Part shown: positions 22,567 to 34,143 of the stretch, piece after piece
How positions within the stretch are numbered: position 1 is the stretch's first letter
Layout: each line of letters opens with the position of its first letter
NCBI RefSeq assembly: GCF_001194135.2
Contig: NC_068984.1
Coordinates: 21,304,765 to 21,339,008, forward strand
Length of the DNA stretch: 34,244 nucleotides
Reading direction: 5' to 3'
DNA from: Octopus bimaculoides
Taxonomy: Eukaryota
Position numbers and translations under genes: made by a program
The notes under the pieces: generated by a model
What the model was told of the DNA's origin: nothing
The model's input: the letters and a program-made list of their open reading frames with translations, nothing else
The model's database searches: none

Positions 22567-22779
22567 CCATTTTTGGGTCATATTTCTAACAAGGATACAT
22601 ACAGCCTCTGTTCCTTTAATCTTCAAAATATATCAAGAAGTTGAACTGTGACTAACTTTTGACTGAATAAAACACAAAATGTTTACATATTTTAATGCAA
22701 TAATTAGACTGTGCAACATTTAAATTTAAATTTGAACACTTTAAAAAAGAGAGTTTTGACCTGCTTGGTGTAGAAAGGG
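22567..22779. mobile_element. piggyBac-like MITE flanked by TTAA, decayed
   Basis: TTAA at 22563-22566 followed by ccatttt; right end tagaaaggg followed by TTAA at 22780-22783. Confidence 0.45.
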
Positions 22780-23813
22780 TTAAATTATAAAAGTTCTTAA
22801 CTTAGATGGTAGCACCCACTTTGAGGAACAATGAGAAATCAGGAAGAAGTAAATGTCAACGAGGGCACTACAGAGAGCAGAGAGTTTAGAAGGGTCATGA
22901 TTTTCATGAAATTACTTAGAAATACATTATATTTAAACTAGGTACAATACTTAGCATTTTTAACACATTTTCCAAAAAATATTCACTGAGATTAAAATAC
23001 AAATAGGATAGTGTTATGAGTGAGCAGAAACATTAGTGATAAGCACCAAGCTCCAATATCATTTTATTATATAAACCCTATCTTTGCCCTTTTTAGTAAT
23101 TTCCATAAAAAATTGACATAGCAGGCACTAGTCCTCATAGATATTTAAGAGGCAGAACAATAAATCACTGCACAAAATTAGCTTGTTTGATTAAAGTAAT
23201 CAGCTAGTTTAGGGGTAATTATTATTTTTTTTTTCTTTTTTGCAAAATGTGAAAAGGAAGCATTCGGGAAGTGCAGTTCAGTGAAAGGGGTCACTGAGCT
23301 GCAAAAAGGCAGAGAACCACTGGATTATATCTAAATAATAACATCTACAACAATCAGTGAACAGTGAACAAGATAAACAAATCTAGTGAATCCTAGAGAA
23401 AAACTCAAATTCGTGAATATAAATTAAAAGTGGAAATTTGAAAAAAAAAAAAAAATGAATAACTGTACCACAAAGATGATAGACATCTTCCAGGGTGTTA
23501 ACCAGTGGATAAAACCACTGCACAAGTTACTGGAAATCAAAGAGCAAGAGGAAAGATTAAAACATTATAACAAAGACATGTTTAAATAATTATGACTTTA
23601 CATTTGCAAATTGTACTCTAACGATTAGGATTAATTCAAACAAGTGATCTTGTCTGGAGCACCACGTTCAATGGATTTTAGTTTCTCATGTTGATCCCAG
23701 TACTTATTTTCAGTCTTGAAATTATATTATTCATTTTTTATGTATCAAACGGTTAACTTTGCCTTTGATCTAAAGAGATGCAACTTGACAGAAATGCAGA
23801 TACCCAAATAAAT

Positions 23814-23858
<45 letters not shown>

Positions 23859-23968
23859 CACACACACACAGTGTGTGTGTTATTGCTGCATCTTGGGACA
23901 GTCATATTACCAATAAAAATACACTGGTTCTAAATTGCTTCTTTTTGTTATTATTACTCAACCAATTA

Positions 23969-24185
23969 TGGTGGCAAACTGGCAGAATCATTAGCACATC
24001 AGGCAAAACGTTTAGTCGCATTTCATCTGTCTTCACGTTCTGAGTTCAAATCCTGCCAAGATCAACTTTGCCTTTCATCCTTTCAGGGTCAATAAACTAA
24101 GTACCAGTTGAGTACTGGGTTGATGTAATCAACTTACTTCCCCACCCTCTGAAATTGCTGGCCTTGTACCAAAATTTGAAACCAT
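23969..24185 (+). mobile_element. SINE family B, well-preserved copy
   Basis: ggtggcaaactggcagaatcattagcac...ttctgagttcaaatcctgccaagatcaactttgcctttcatcctttcagggtc...aaatttgaaaccattatt. Confidence 0.9.
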
Positions 24186-24367
24186 TATTACTCAACTAAT
24201 TAACGAACCAATTAACTGCAACAGATTTGACCATTTGATCAAACAACTAGTTGGTTTGTCAGTCTTTTTTCACTGCTATGCATAACTCATAGCACTCCTT
24301 TATCTGTTCTGATCTGTCATGATATATGTAATTATGGATATGATGGGTTTGTATACAATTTCTGCTC

Positions 24368-24478
24368 ACTCACATGACATTGGTCAATCCATGACTACTA
24401 TAGAAGACACATAGTGGATTTGAACCTGGAACTATTTGGTAGTGAAGCAAACTTCTAAATCTCATGGCTATGCCTGTA
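24368..24478 (-). mobile_element. SINE family A, 5' fragment, followed by (TA)n 24489-24531 and an N gap
   Basis: actatagaagacacatagtggatttgaacctggaac...gcaaacttct...catggctatgcctg. Confidence 0.75.
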
Positions 24479-24487
24479 CTTGTATGG

Positions 24488-24531
<44 letters not shown>

Positions 24532-24939
24532 NNNNNNNNNNATGATGATATATATATAGAACAAGTAGAAAGATAAATTTTATTCAACGCATAGATACTG
24601 AACAGTGTAGATATAAAGGATAAAATCCTTTTTCCTTTTTAAAAGCAGAAAAATTTGTCGGCAGCCAAGGCATCTTCAAGTCATACACACACACATTTAT
24701 TACATAACAGCATGGAATATGAGAAAATTTACAATTATATACATTAAAATTTTTAAAAATTAATATATAAATTAAAGCAGAAGCCATATACATAAATAAC
24801 ATGGACAGATATGGTCCAATAGTTTTTGATTTTTTATTATTCACATCAGTGAGTATAAGTATTGAGTTTCTGGAGCTTTTACAAAAATACTCCTTAGCCC
24901 CTAAAATTAGTTGTGGCAAACACTCACTTATCATCAGTA

Positions 24940-25075
24940 AGCTAACAGAATTGTTAGAGTATTGGGATAAAAACTTAGCAGTATTTCTTTTGACACTTTA
25001 CATTCTGAGGTGTTCATATCTTGAGATTAACTTTATTTTATCAATCACTCTGAAGTCAATGAAATAAAGTCCCAA
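24940..25075 (+). mobile_element. SINE family B, diverged
   Basis: gctaacagaattgttagag...cttagcagtatttct...cattctgagg...gtcaatgaaataaagt. Confidence 0.65.
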
Positions 25076-25100
25076 TAAATTATTATTGTTGTTGTTGTTG

Positions 25101-25360
25101 TAATTGAGGGTTTCAATTCCTAGATCAGGTGGTGTGTTGTGTTGTTGAGTAAAACACTTCATCTCGCGTTGCTCTGCGATCACTTCGACACCTGATGTGT
25201 GGTACACTTGTGCACCTGTTTGAGCAACGTTGATTTGATGGAGGGAGTGAGCTAATGCAGAGTACATACATTTGATCACTATAAACAAATCATTCGTGCA
25301 GGTCATTCAGCAAAAGCTGAACACTCATAGATTGTCTTCGATGGGAAAGTCCATCATTAT
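25101..25360 (+). mobile_element. SINE-like family G lacking the A-box end
   Basis: B-box-like gggtttcaattcc, then a CORE-like ttgagtaaaacacttc segment and a CpG-rich body ending ccatcattatt. Confidence 0.65.
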
Positions 25361-25361
25361 T

Positions 25362-25570
25362 GAGATTAACGGGGCAGCAGAATCAGTACAGCATCAGACA
25401 AAATGGCTTGCAGTAAGTTACAGCTCCTTTAAATCCTGCTGAGGTAAATAATGCCTTTCATCCTTACAGGGTTGATAAAATAAAGTACCAGTCAAGTACT
25501 GGGGTAGATTTAATCATTAATTTTACCTCTACTCCCAATTTCTGGTTTTGTGGACAATACTAGAAACAAC
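25362..25570 (+). mobile_element. SINE family B, diverged
   Basis: ggggcagcagaatcagtac...gcctttcatccttacagggttgataaaataaagtaccagtcaagtactgggg. Confidence 0.7.
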
Positions 25571-26362
25571 TATTAATATTATTGGTGTAGGGGATAAGTA
25601 GAATTGCTAAAGGGACAGACAAAATACTTGATAGTTTGTTCATTCATTCATTTTACATCTATTATTTTCTATAACATAGGTTTGGTGAATACATACTGTT
25701 GAAGCACTGTTTTACAGCTGGATGCCCATCCTGCCTCTTTGAAAACACAGATCTACTAGTTAAATTGTAGACAAGAAAACTACAAACATCACAGTCCAGC
25801 ATTCAGCAGCTTACCAGAGATCAAAGAATGTAAATATTCACATACACACAATGAAATGGTTGAATTAGGAAGAATATCCAGCCATAGATGCCATATCAAA
25901 CCAAACATTGGAACTTAGCATAGTCTTCAGGCTTGTTAGCTCGTTAAAGTGTGCACCCCATGGAAAACAGACATTAAATGAAGATACACACACACACAAT
26001 GAACTTTGTACAGTCTGTCAACCACATTCATTCACAAGGCAAGGGTCATCGTAGCAAGAAAAAATGGCAAGATTTTATTTTACAAAAATAAGCAAAAATT
26101 TCTAAAATCTAACAGTGTAATTTGATCAAAATCTGTAATTTCAATATGTCTTGGGAGAAGATTAGAAACTGATCAAAACATTCGTAATTTCAAATTCTGA
26201 CAATACTGATCAAATCTAAAAAAATCTTGCATCAATAAAATTAGAAATCCTGAATAATTGTAACACATTCTAAACTTCTCCAAAATTAACTAAATTTGAA
26301 CATTCTGATGAAACTACAATTAAGAAAGTCAGAAATTCAAAAAGTAATTATATTTATGATAA

Positions 26363-26840
26363 AATTTAAACTTAGAACCTAACATTTAACCTAACAACTA
26401 TTATCTATAATAGAATTTAAACTCAGAATTGGTAGTTAGCTTAACAAACCAATTATCTATGATAATATTTACATTCTGAACTGCCAGTTATCCTAACAAA
26501 GTAATACACATAATAGAATTTATCATCAGTACTACTTCAAACTAAGAACTATTAGTTAACCTAACAAAGCTGTTATCTATTAAATTTTTCAATCTAAGAA
26601 CTGCTGGTTAATCTAAGTTATATACCTTAAGCTAAAAGCAGTTAACCAAACAAGGTTATATGTAAATTGTTTTTTTAAGATTGAAAATAGTGTTAGTACA
26701 ATTCTGAGAAAATTTCTGACAAAAGTCACAGCAGAAGTCAACAAAGCTCTAGAATTTAAGCTAAGACCTACTGTTTAATCATAAAGAACTATCTACAATG
26801 GAAACTAAGCTAAGAACTGCAAGTTAACATGAAGTTATAT
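26363..26840. repeat. Degenerate ~51-bp minisatellite
   Basis: aatttaaacttagaacc at 26363 and aatttaaactcagaatt at 26414 (period 51), with further degenerate units sharing aaactaagaactg / gttaacctaacaaag / ttatcta. Confidence 0.7.
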
Positions 26841-26859
26841 CCAGACAGAAGCCTGAAGA

Positions 26860-27030
26860 CATATCTCTTTAAAGTTTTGAGTTCAAATCCTACTGAGGTT
26901 GATTTTTGCCTTTCATCCTGGAAGGATTAATAAAATATATACCAATTAAGTACAGGATTGTTTTAACTGAGTGTACTGCCCCACAAACACAACCACTAAA
27001 TTTGTGACAGCTTACCAAAGTTAGGAATCC
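26860..27030 (+). mobile_element. SINE family B, diverged (another copy at about 27270-27430)
   Basis: tttgagttcaaatcctactgaggttgatttttgcctttcatcc...taccaattaagtacagg. Confidence 0.7.
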
Positions 27031-28014
27031 TTATCATCATGTCTTTTTTGAACTTTCTTTCTTACAAGTATTCTTCCATTGTTAACATATGAAGACCAAG
27101 GAAATATATAAGGAAGAAATATGGCTGGATCTCAGGATGGGTCTCATACAGAACACGACAAAGGGATTATGATGAGCAGTAACATAATGTACAATAAACT
27201 TGTTCAACATATGACAGCACTGAGTAATTAACAATAGAGCATTGATTATTATTATTATGAGGTTGAATGGATGAACTGAAACATTAGAGCATTGGAAAAA
27301 AATGTGACAAAGTAATTTTTTCAACTCTTTAGGTTTTGTGTTCAAATCTCAAAGTCAGCTTTGTTTTTCATTCCTCCAAAGTCAATAAAATAAAGTACCA
27401 GTCAAGTACAGGGATAAATATAATTGACTATGAATAAAAGACTGGGTGATCATGGCTAGAATACCTTGCATTGGAGGTAGGTTTAATGAAGGCTGATCTA
27501 GAGACAAGCAACAACAACAGAGGGAGGAATGAAAATAAAGTAGAAAAGCACAATGGATGGGTTAACTTGTTTGATACCAAACCACCTCAAACTGCCCCTA
27601 GCACAAATTCCCCATTTCAAAGTGGACTAAATTAAAATCTTCCATCACAAATACCATCTAATTATATTCTAAACACCAGTTAAACAATGAATAAAAATTG
27701 AATAAAACTGAAACAAAAGAAGAATATTTCAACAGAAATATGGGAAAAAAAAGGTCAAAGAGCAAGAATGACTTGATTGCAAAGGTATTGGTGTGGAAGT
27801 GGTATAACGTTTGAGACTGTGACAGATTAGTTGTGGATATTGGAACAGAATCCTGTCAATGAAAGATGTCTCTCTAGAACAATCTTGTAACGTTTGTATT
27901 ATACATAAAAGGTGAGATATATATATATATCTCATGTTTGTAGCTTCTTATGGAATCTACATTAAGTCATTACTTAGCTTTAGGGAAGCCTTAGCTAAGC
28001 AGGACTCTTTCTAA

Positions 28015-28240
28015 CATCATTATCATTATCTAACACTTGTATTCCATACTGGCATGGGTTGGATGGTTCAATAGGATCCTACAAGCCAGAGGACTGTGTT
28101 GAGTTCCAATATCAGCTTTGGCATAGTTTCTATAGTTGGGTCTCCTCCCTAACACCAACCACTTTACAGAGTGTACTGGGTTCTTTATTTGCATCACCAG
28201 CATTGGTGAGGTCACCACACAGGCACAACACATCATGTGT
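28015..28240 (-). mobile_element. Older RTE-type tail copy
   Basis: catcattatcattatctaacac...ccatactggcatgggttggatgg...cctaacaccaaccactttacagagtgtactggg. Confidence 0.75.
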
Positions 28241-28764
28241 CCTCCACTATTCTTTTTTTTTTTTTTCAATCAAAATGTGCAGTGACATTTGACAACTATT
28301 TCAGGTATGTGATGCCAAAATCTGGTATAAACTAAACAAAGTAATAATAATTAAAGCAGTCTATATCAACAAATTAAAATAAACATTTCTGTTATGCCAG
28401 ACATCCATGCAATCATTCGTTGCAGAGTTCTTTCATATTACAAAGAAACTTATTCTATGATTTAACCAGNNNNNNNNNNNNNNNNNNNNNNNNNNNNNNN
28501 NNNNNNNNNNNNNNNNNNNNNNNNNNNNNNNNNNNNNNNNNNNNNNNNNNNNNNNNNNNNNNNNNNNGGGAGGGAGAGAGAGGGAAGGAGAGGAAGAACT
28601 AATGACCTGAAGTGCCTCAGGATGATTTGAGAAAATCAGGAATAAACGACAATTCCTGGAATATTCTCAAACCAGAGACCTAATCTAAATGCTTAAAACC
28701 AAGTAGATACAATTAAAGATACCCAGTGGTTAGGAGGTGATGCTAAACAAATTAAATCTACCAC

Positions 28765-28900
28765 CCAAAGGGCTTCTGTAGAATTTCTGTCAACAATATT
28801 TCACTAATAAAGCTTGAGTCAACTTGAATATATGATAGAAGACTTTTGCCCAAGGTGCTATGCAGCAGGATCAAACAGAAACTTCATGATTGCAAAAGAG
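28765..28900 (-). mobile_element. SINE family A, 5' half, diverged
   Basis: gggcttctgtagaatttctgtc...gaagacttttgcccaaggtgctatgcagc. Confidence 0.7.
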
Positions 28901-29322
28901 AAAGGAAGAGTAAATGGTTCTTCAACAAGTACCTAACTGTAACTGTTTAGCTGCTCATGGGTAACCAATACTGTGCAAACCTGTAGTCAAAAGGTATTCA
29001 CACTGACCATCCAATATTTTTAGGCAAAGTATAAGACTATGTATTCCAATAAGTAGTCTGCAGACCATATATTTCTGCCTGCTTTTCCCTATGATGACAA
29101 AGTGTAGACTTGAGAAATATTTAGCAGCTATTTCCAGCACACTGAGTGACTATGTAGAGATGAGAAACATGGTAGCAGATAAGGGATAAAACTCCTACTC
29201 ATAAAATGTCTGTTGGAGGTTAACATTCCTATATGATTTGATACCTATTCCTGACAGCTAAAGGAACTGAATGAGCATCCATAAAATAAAATAAAAATTG
29301 TTTAAATACACCTGCATATGTG

Positions 29323-29480
29323 TAGACATGGTTGTGTAGTTAAGGAGCTTGCTTTCCAACCACATGGTTTTGGTTTCAATCCCATCATGTGGCACCTTCA
29401 GCAAGTGTCTTTTACTATAATCCTGGACCAAACGGTCTTGTGAGTGGATCTGGTAGATAGAAACTGAAAGAAGCCCCTCA
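29323..29480 (+). mobile_element. SINE family A, 5' half
   Basis: gacatggttgtgtagttaaggagcttgctttccaaccacatgg...ggcaccttcagcaagtgtctttt...aaactgaaagaagccc. Confidence 0.88.
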
Positions 29481-29919
29481 TATACATGTGTGCATGTGTT
29501 TGCACATGTGTGCACGCATGCACATTTGTATGCTTGCATATCTGTGTGTGTGTACATTTGTGTGCATGTATGTTTGTGCGTGTTTGTGTGTGTGTAGTGT
29601 GGTGTATGTGCTTGTGTGTGGTGTGTTTGTGTGTGTTTGTATACGTGTGGTGTGGGTGTGGTGTGTGTTTGCGTGCGGTGAGTTTGTGTGTGATGTATGT
29701 GTGTGTTTGTGTGTGTTTGTATGTGCGCAGTGTGGGTGTGGTGTGGTGTGTGTGTGCTTGCATGGGTGTGTTTGCGTGTGGTGTATTTGTGTGGTGTGTG
29801 TTTGTGTGTGTGCAGTGTGGTGTGTGTATGCAGTGTGGTGTGTGTATGCAGTATGTTTGTATGTGTTGTATTTGTGTGTGAAGTGTGCTTTCGTGCATGT
29901 GGTGTGTTTGTGTGGATGA

Positions 29920-29950
<31 letters not shown>

Positions 29951-30165
29951 TTGTGTGTGTGGTGCATGTTTGTGTGCATGTGGTGTGTATTTGTGTGTGC
30001 ATGTAGCAAGTTTATGTGCATGTGGCAGGTTTGTGTGCATGTGGCAGGTTTGTGTGCATGTGGCAGATTTGTGTGCATGTGATAGGTCTGGGTGCATGTG
30101 GTGTGTTTGTGTGTGTGTATGTGTTTGGGTGCATTTGTGTACACACACTTGTGTGCATGTTTATG
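29481..30165. repeat. ~690-bp degenerate (TG)-rich satellite with a ~20-bp higher-order unit near 30000-30080
   Basis: Seen directly; atgtggcaggtttgtgtgc recurs in tandem. Source of all long His/Thr- and Cys/Val-rich ORFs at 29258-30215. Confidence 0.95.
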
Positions 30166-30722
30166 TCTATACCAGTTTAAAAACCAATGCTATTAGTATT
30201 TTGACAAATAAATAGAGTTAAGTTAATTACCAGTTTGAAATACCAACTGGGGCAGATATGACCAACTAAACCCTTCACAAAGCTGCCCCAATACAGCTGC
30301 ATGCCAACAACAGAAATCAATAAAGCAATAAAAGATTAAATGAAGGAAGGGCAACATGCACGAGTGTTTTAGGGCCTCCCAGACAGGTAAGAGTCATGTG
30401 GATAATGTTCAGATTAAACATCTAAAAGGTTGGTGTGACAAAAATTTGGGTAAGAAGGGATTCTAGAGAGCCACTGCCTTGGAGATAATGGATTGAGTGA
30501 AATGCTTAGATATCGAACAGGCTACATGAGAGTTCAAGCCTGGTGCTCACTTAGGTCCTATGTCTCCTTGTGTATGAAGATACGAGACGATTTTTTTTTC
30601 TTGAAATATATTTTTCAGCATGTCTCTGATATGAGGAGGTAAAGGACTTCAACAAGTGCCAAGCACAAAAATTTCAAGAAACTTCACTAAGTGTCTTTAC
30701 TTGTCTTGCTTTCTCCATAGAC

Positions 30723-31020
30723 CAGGGGTTTTCAAACTGTGGTCCGCGGACCACAGGGGTTCCGCAAGGACAAGACAGGGGGTCCATGGACAGCAAATAC
30801 TTTTTATGGGCAATTTGATTTTATATATGTTTTTTAATCGAAATCTTTTAATTGGCAATAAACCTATTTTGTTAAATACTGTTAAATAAATAAATGTAAA
30901 AATATATGTTATTTTAAGCAAATATTTATGTATAAATTTCATAAGCGTTTATAAGGGTGTTCCTAAGGTAAAGCCTGAAATATAAAGGGGTCCGCAAGTC
31001 AAAAAATTTGAAAACCCCTG
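30723..31020. mobile_element. Intact 298-bp hAT (Charlie-like) MITE
   Basis: TIRs CAGGGGTTTTCAAA and TTTGAAAACCCCTG; perfect 8-bp TSD CCATAGAC at 30715-30722 and 31021-31028. Confidence 0.95.
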
Positions 31021-31351
31021 CCATAGACGATGAATAACTACTTGTTAGACAAGCATGGCCATTGCTAATAGTGTGTCAGCAATGCTTGTGCTTTAAGCTG
31101 AGTGTGGTTTGCACAAAACCACAACTCTCACTCGTAATACCAAGAAGCCCAGAGACAAGCAGAGTGTGAGATATCCTCCGGGTTCAGTAAAGCAGAGGGT
31201 TTAATGAGTTAGCTTTCTCTTAGAAGGATGACTTAACAAAGACCAGGGATCCTTCACTCCCAGTGAGCTTACTGCATCCTTAAACACCAACCCGAGTATT
31301 TCTATGCAAGTTAACCTGTACATATATATCCATGCCTGTGATGCTTAGAAT

Positions 31352-31484
31352 AGGTGCGGGCATAGCTATGTATTTAAGAAGCTTGCTTTCTGGCCATGTA
31401 GTCTCAGGTTCAATCCCACTGTATGCCACCATGGGCAAGTGTCTTCTACTATAGCCCCAGACCACTAAAAGCTTCACGAGTGGG
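31352..31484 (+). mobile_element. SINE family A, 5' half, followed by TG/TA/CA-rich low-complexity sequence to about 31710
   Basis: ggtgcgggcatagctatg...caggttcaatcccactgtatgccaccatgggcaagtgtcttctactatagcc. Confidence 0.88.
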
Positions 31485-32299
31485 TTTGTGTGTGTGTGTG
31501 ACAATAATGTATATGTGTGTGAAACAATTGTGTGTGTGTGTGTGTGTGTGTAAGACAATTATATATATATAGGGTGTGTGGGTGACAGTTATAATATATG
31601 TATATATAAACGTGCACACATGCAAACTCATACGAGCATACATACATGTATGCATGTAAAAACACACCTGCATGTGCTCATATACACTCACGTACACACA
31701 TATCAACCAGTCACCAGCCAACCAACCAGCCATCATTGTTATAAGTACTTGTGTAGTTGCAAGCAGACATAGATGCTAAATCGACTCTATTTGACACCTT
31801 GGCACAGCTGAACGCTCAGGACTTGATAGCTGCAGGGAGGAAAAGCTGCATCAGCATCCAGCTAGTTTCCATTATGGCTGAGTAGACTTAAACTACATGA
31901 AATGAAGTGACTTGCTCAAGGACACAATATGTCATACTTTTCCAAGAATTTAGCCCATGGCATTATGATCACAAGTCAAACACCATAACAACAATGCTAT
32001 GTACCTTCATACACACACATATATAATTTATATGAAAACGACCAGACACAACTGAGAATTACTTGTAAATTGATAATTGAAATTTATATAATATAATTAA
32101 TATGAAATGTTGACAAATAAAAGCAAACAACAATTTGTAAACAGACAATAAGAGAAAAATTACGAGACCACTGACAGGAACGAAACTTGTTTCTCGGGAA
32201 ATATATTTCAATTTACATAGTTGAATTCATTTCACTGGTTTCATTTTGTTATTTTGTTCTTAAATTGTCATTTATAAATGTATAACAAATATATCGCAT

Positions 32300-32625
32300 G
32301 ATTCATACATACATGCGTACATACATACACACATATATATATGTGTGTATGTATATATACACACACACAGATATATATACACACATACAGAGCATGTAAA
32401 TGCCTAAACAATAAAGTTACATTTACAAATATACATTATACATGTACCTCTCTCTCTCATACACACACACACACATATATATATGTGCAGACATATATCC
32501 AGGTGCAAATACACACACACGTAAAGACACACATATACATACATGTATAAATACACAAATGCATTATATAAAATTGTAGGTATTTATAAACATCTACAGG
32601 CACACATACACACACACACACAAAG
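32300..32625. repeat. Degenerate (CA/TA)n low-complexity tract
   Basis: Seen directly. Confidence 0.85.
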
Positions 32626-33047
32626 CTAGGGAAATAATAAAATTAATTGAAAAGATCTAATTTAACGACCTGCAGTTAAACACCGGCAATTCCAGTGGAG
32701 AACATGGTAATGGAGAATCAGATTTCTTCATGGGGCCTGTTGCACTGACTTGGAAATGGTAGGCTGCTGGCTGGTACTAAACTTAAATTCACAAAACTGA
32801 AACGACACAAGTCTGCTGGAGATCCAGAAGACACAAGTTGCCAACTACTTTAGTACAACAGTTAAGTGGCTTACTAATGCATGTGTGTGTGTGTGTTGCA
32901 AGGAAGGGGCAGAGGAGAAACGAAAGAGGAGAGAGAGAGAGAGAGAAAATATATTGGAAATATTGGAAAGAGAAAGGAAATAAGTGGAGATGATGAAGGA
33001 GAGAAGAGAAAGAGAAGTTAGGAACAGTAAAAGAATCAAGATTGTAA

Positions 33048-33087
<40 letters not shown>

Positions 33088-33089
<2 letters not shown>

Positions 33090-33478
33090 TGCAGGAGTGG
33101 CTGAGTGGTAAGTAGCTTGCTTACCAACCACATGGTTCCGGATTCAGTCCCACTGCGTGGCACCTTGGGCAAGTGTCTACTACTATAGCCTCGGGCCGAC
33201 CAAAGCCTTGTGAGTGGATTTGGTAGACGGAAACTGAAAGAAGCCCGTCGTATATATGTATATATATATATGTGTGTGTCTGTGTTTGTCCCCCCACCAA
33301 CGCTTGACAACCGATGGTGGTGTGTTTACGTTCCCGTAACTTAGCGGTTTGGCAAAAAGAGACCGATAGAATAAGCACTAGGCTTACAAAGAATAAGTCC
33401 TGGGGTTGATTTTCTTGACTAAAGGCAGTGCTCCAGCATGGCCGCAGTCAAATGACTGAAACAAGTAAAAGAGTAAAA
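33088..33478 (+). mobile_element. Full-length, CpG-intact tRNA-SINE family A
   Basis: A-box-like TGGCTGAGTGG (33098), B-box-like GGATTCAGTCCC (~33140), CORE-like ccttgggcaagtgtc, internal TA/TG microsatellite and an A-rich (gtaaaa)n tail. Preceded by (TA)n at 33051-33087. Confidence 0.93.
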
Positions 33479-33507
33479 AAAGGAGATATATACACACACA
33501 CAAAAAT

Positions 33508-33710
33508 ATATAAATAAGAGGAAAGACCGCTAAGTGGATTCCTTATGAATGGTATGGAATTAACTGCTATTTTTATTTTCCTTTCATTTGTCTTGCTCGC
33601 AAACATCTAGCGCTGCTAATTTTGAGAACACATTTTTCGTGGTAGGACAATTTGGCATCTATCTTCACCATACAAGGAATCCACTTAGTGGTCTTTCCTC
33701 TTATTTATAT
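33508..33710. mobile_element. ~200-bp foldback MITE with ~45-bp terminal inverted repeats in a TA context
   Basis: atataaataagaggaaagaccgctaagtggattcctt (33508) versus aaggaatccacttagtggtctttcctcttatttatat (ending 33710): one mismatch in 37 bp. Confidence 0.8.
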
Positions 33711-33775
33711 CTGAATATAATTTGCAGTCCTTGGATGTTTTTTACGTATCAATTTCTACACTTAGTATTTAAAGT

Positions 33776-33851
<76 letters not shown>

Positions 33852-33854
33852 TAT
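33776..33854. repeat. (TA)n microsatellite
   Basis: Seen directly. Confidence 0.97.
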
Positions 33855-34070
33855 CATGGGACTGTCAGTTACAAGAGAAACAGAAAGAAAGAATGGGAGA
33901 AAGTTGTAGAGAACGAGTACAGCAGGGTTCGCCACTTCCCCCTGCTGGAGCTTCATGGAGAATTAGGTGTTTTCGCTCAATAAACACTTATAACGCCTGG
34001 TCTGGGAATCGAAACTGTGATCCTACAACCATGAGTCTGCTGCCCTAACCACTGGGTCATTGCGTCTCCA
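33855..34070 (-). mobile_element. tRNA-SINE family F
   Basis: The - strand head tggagacgcaatgacccagtggttagggcagcagactcatggttgtaggatcacagtttcgattccc carries A- and B-box-like motifs, followed by a non-tRNA body. Confidence 0.8.
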
Positions 34071-34091
34071 CACACACCCACATATATATGT

Positions 34092-34143
<52 letters not shown>

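Noticed and set aside
22594-22654. Strong minus-strand acceptor/donor pair
   Set aside because: All three frames contain stops and the segment lies within a probable MITE.
23455-23589. 44-aa ORF MNNCTTKMIDIFQGVNQWIKPLHKLLEIKEQEERLKHYNKDMFK
   Set aside because: Short, no recognisable homology, and expected by chance in purine-skewed sequence.
29258-30215. Long ORFs of up to 296 aa, His/Thr- or Cys/Val-rich, on both strands
   Set aside because: They are translations of a TG/CA satellite that is nearly stop-free in most frames; there is no domain or splice evidence. They are not metal-binding or histidine-rich beak proteins.
33088-34070. tRNA-like A/B boxes
   Set aside because: The boxes run into SINE bodies and no full cloverleaf is evident; these are SINE heads, not tRNA genes.
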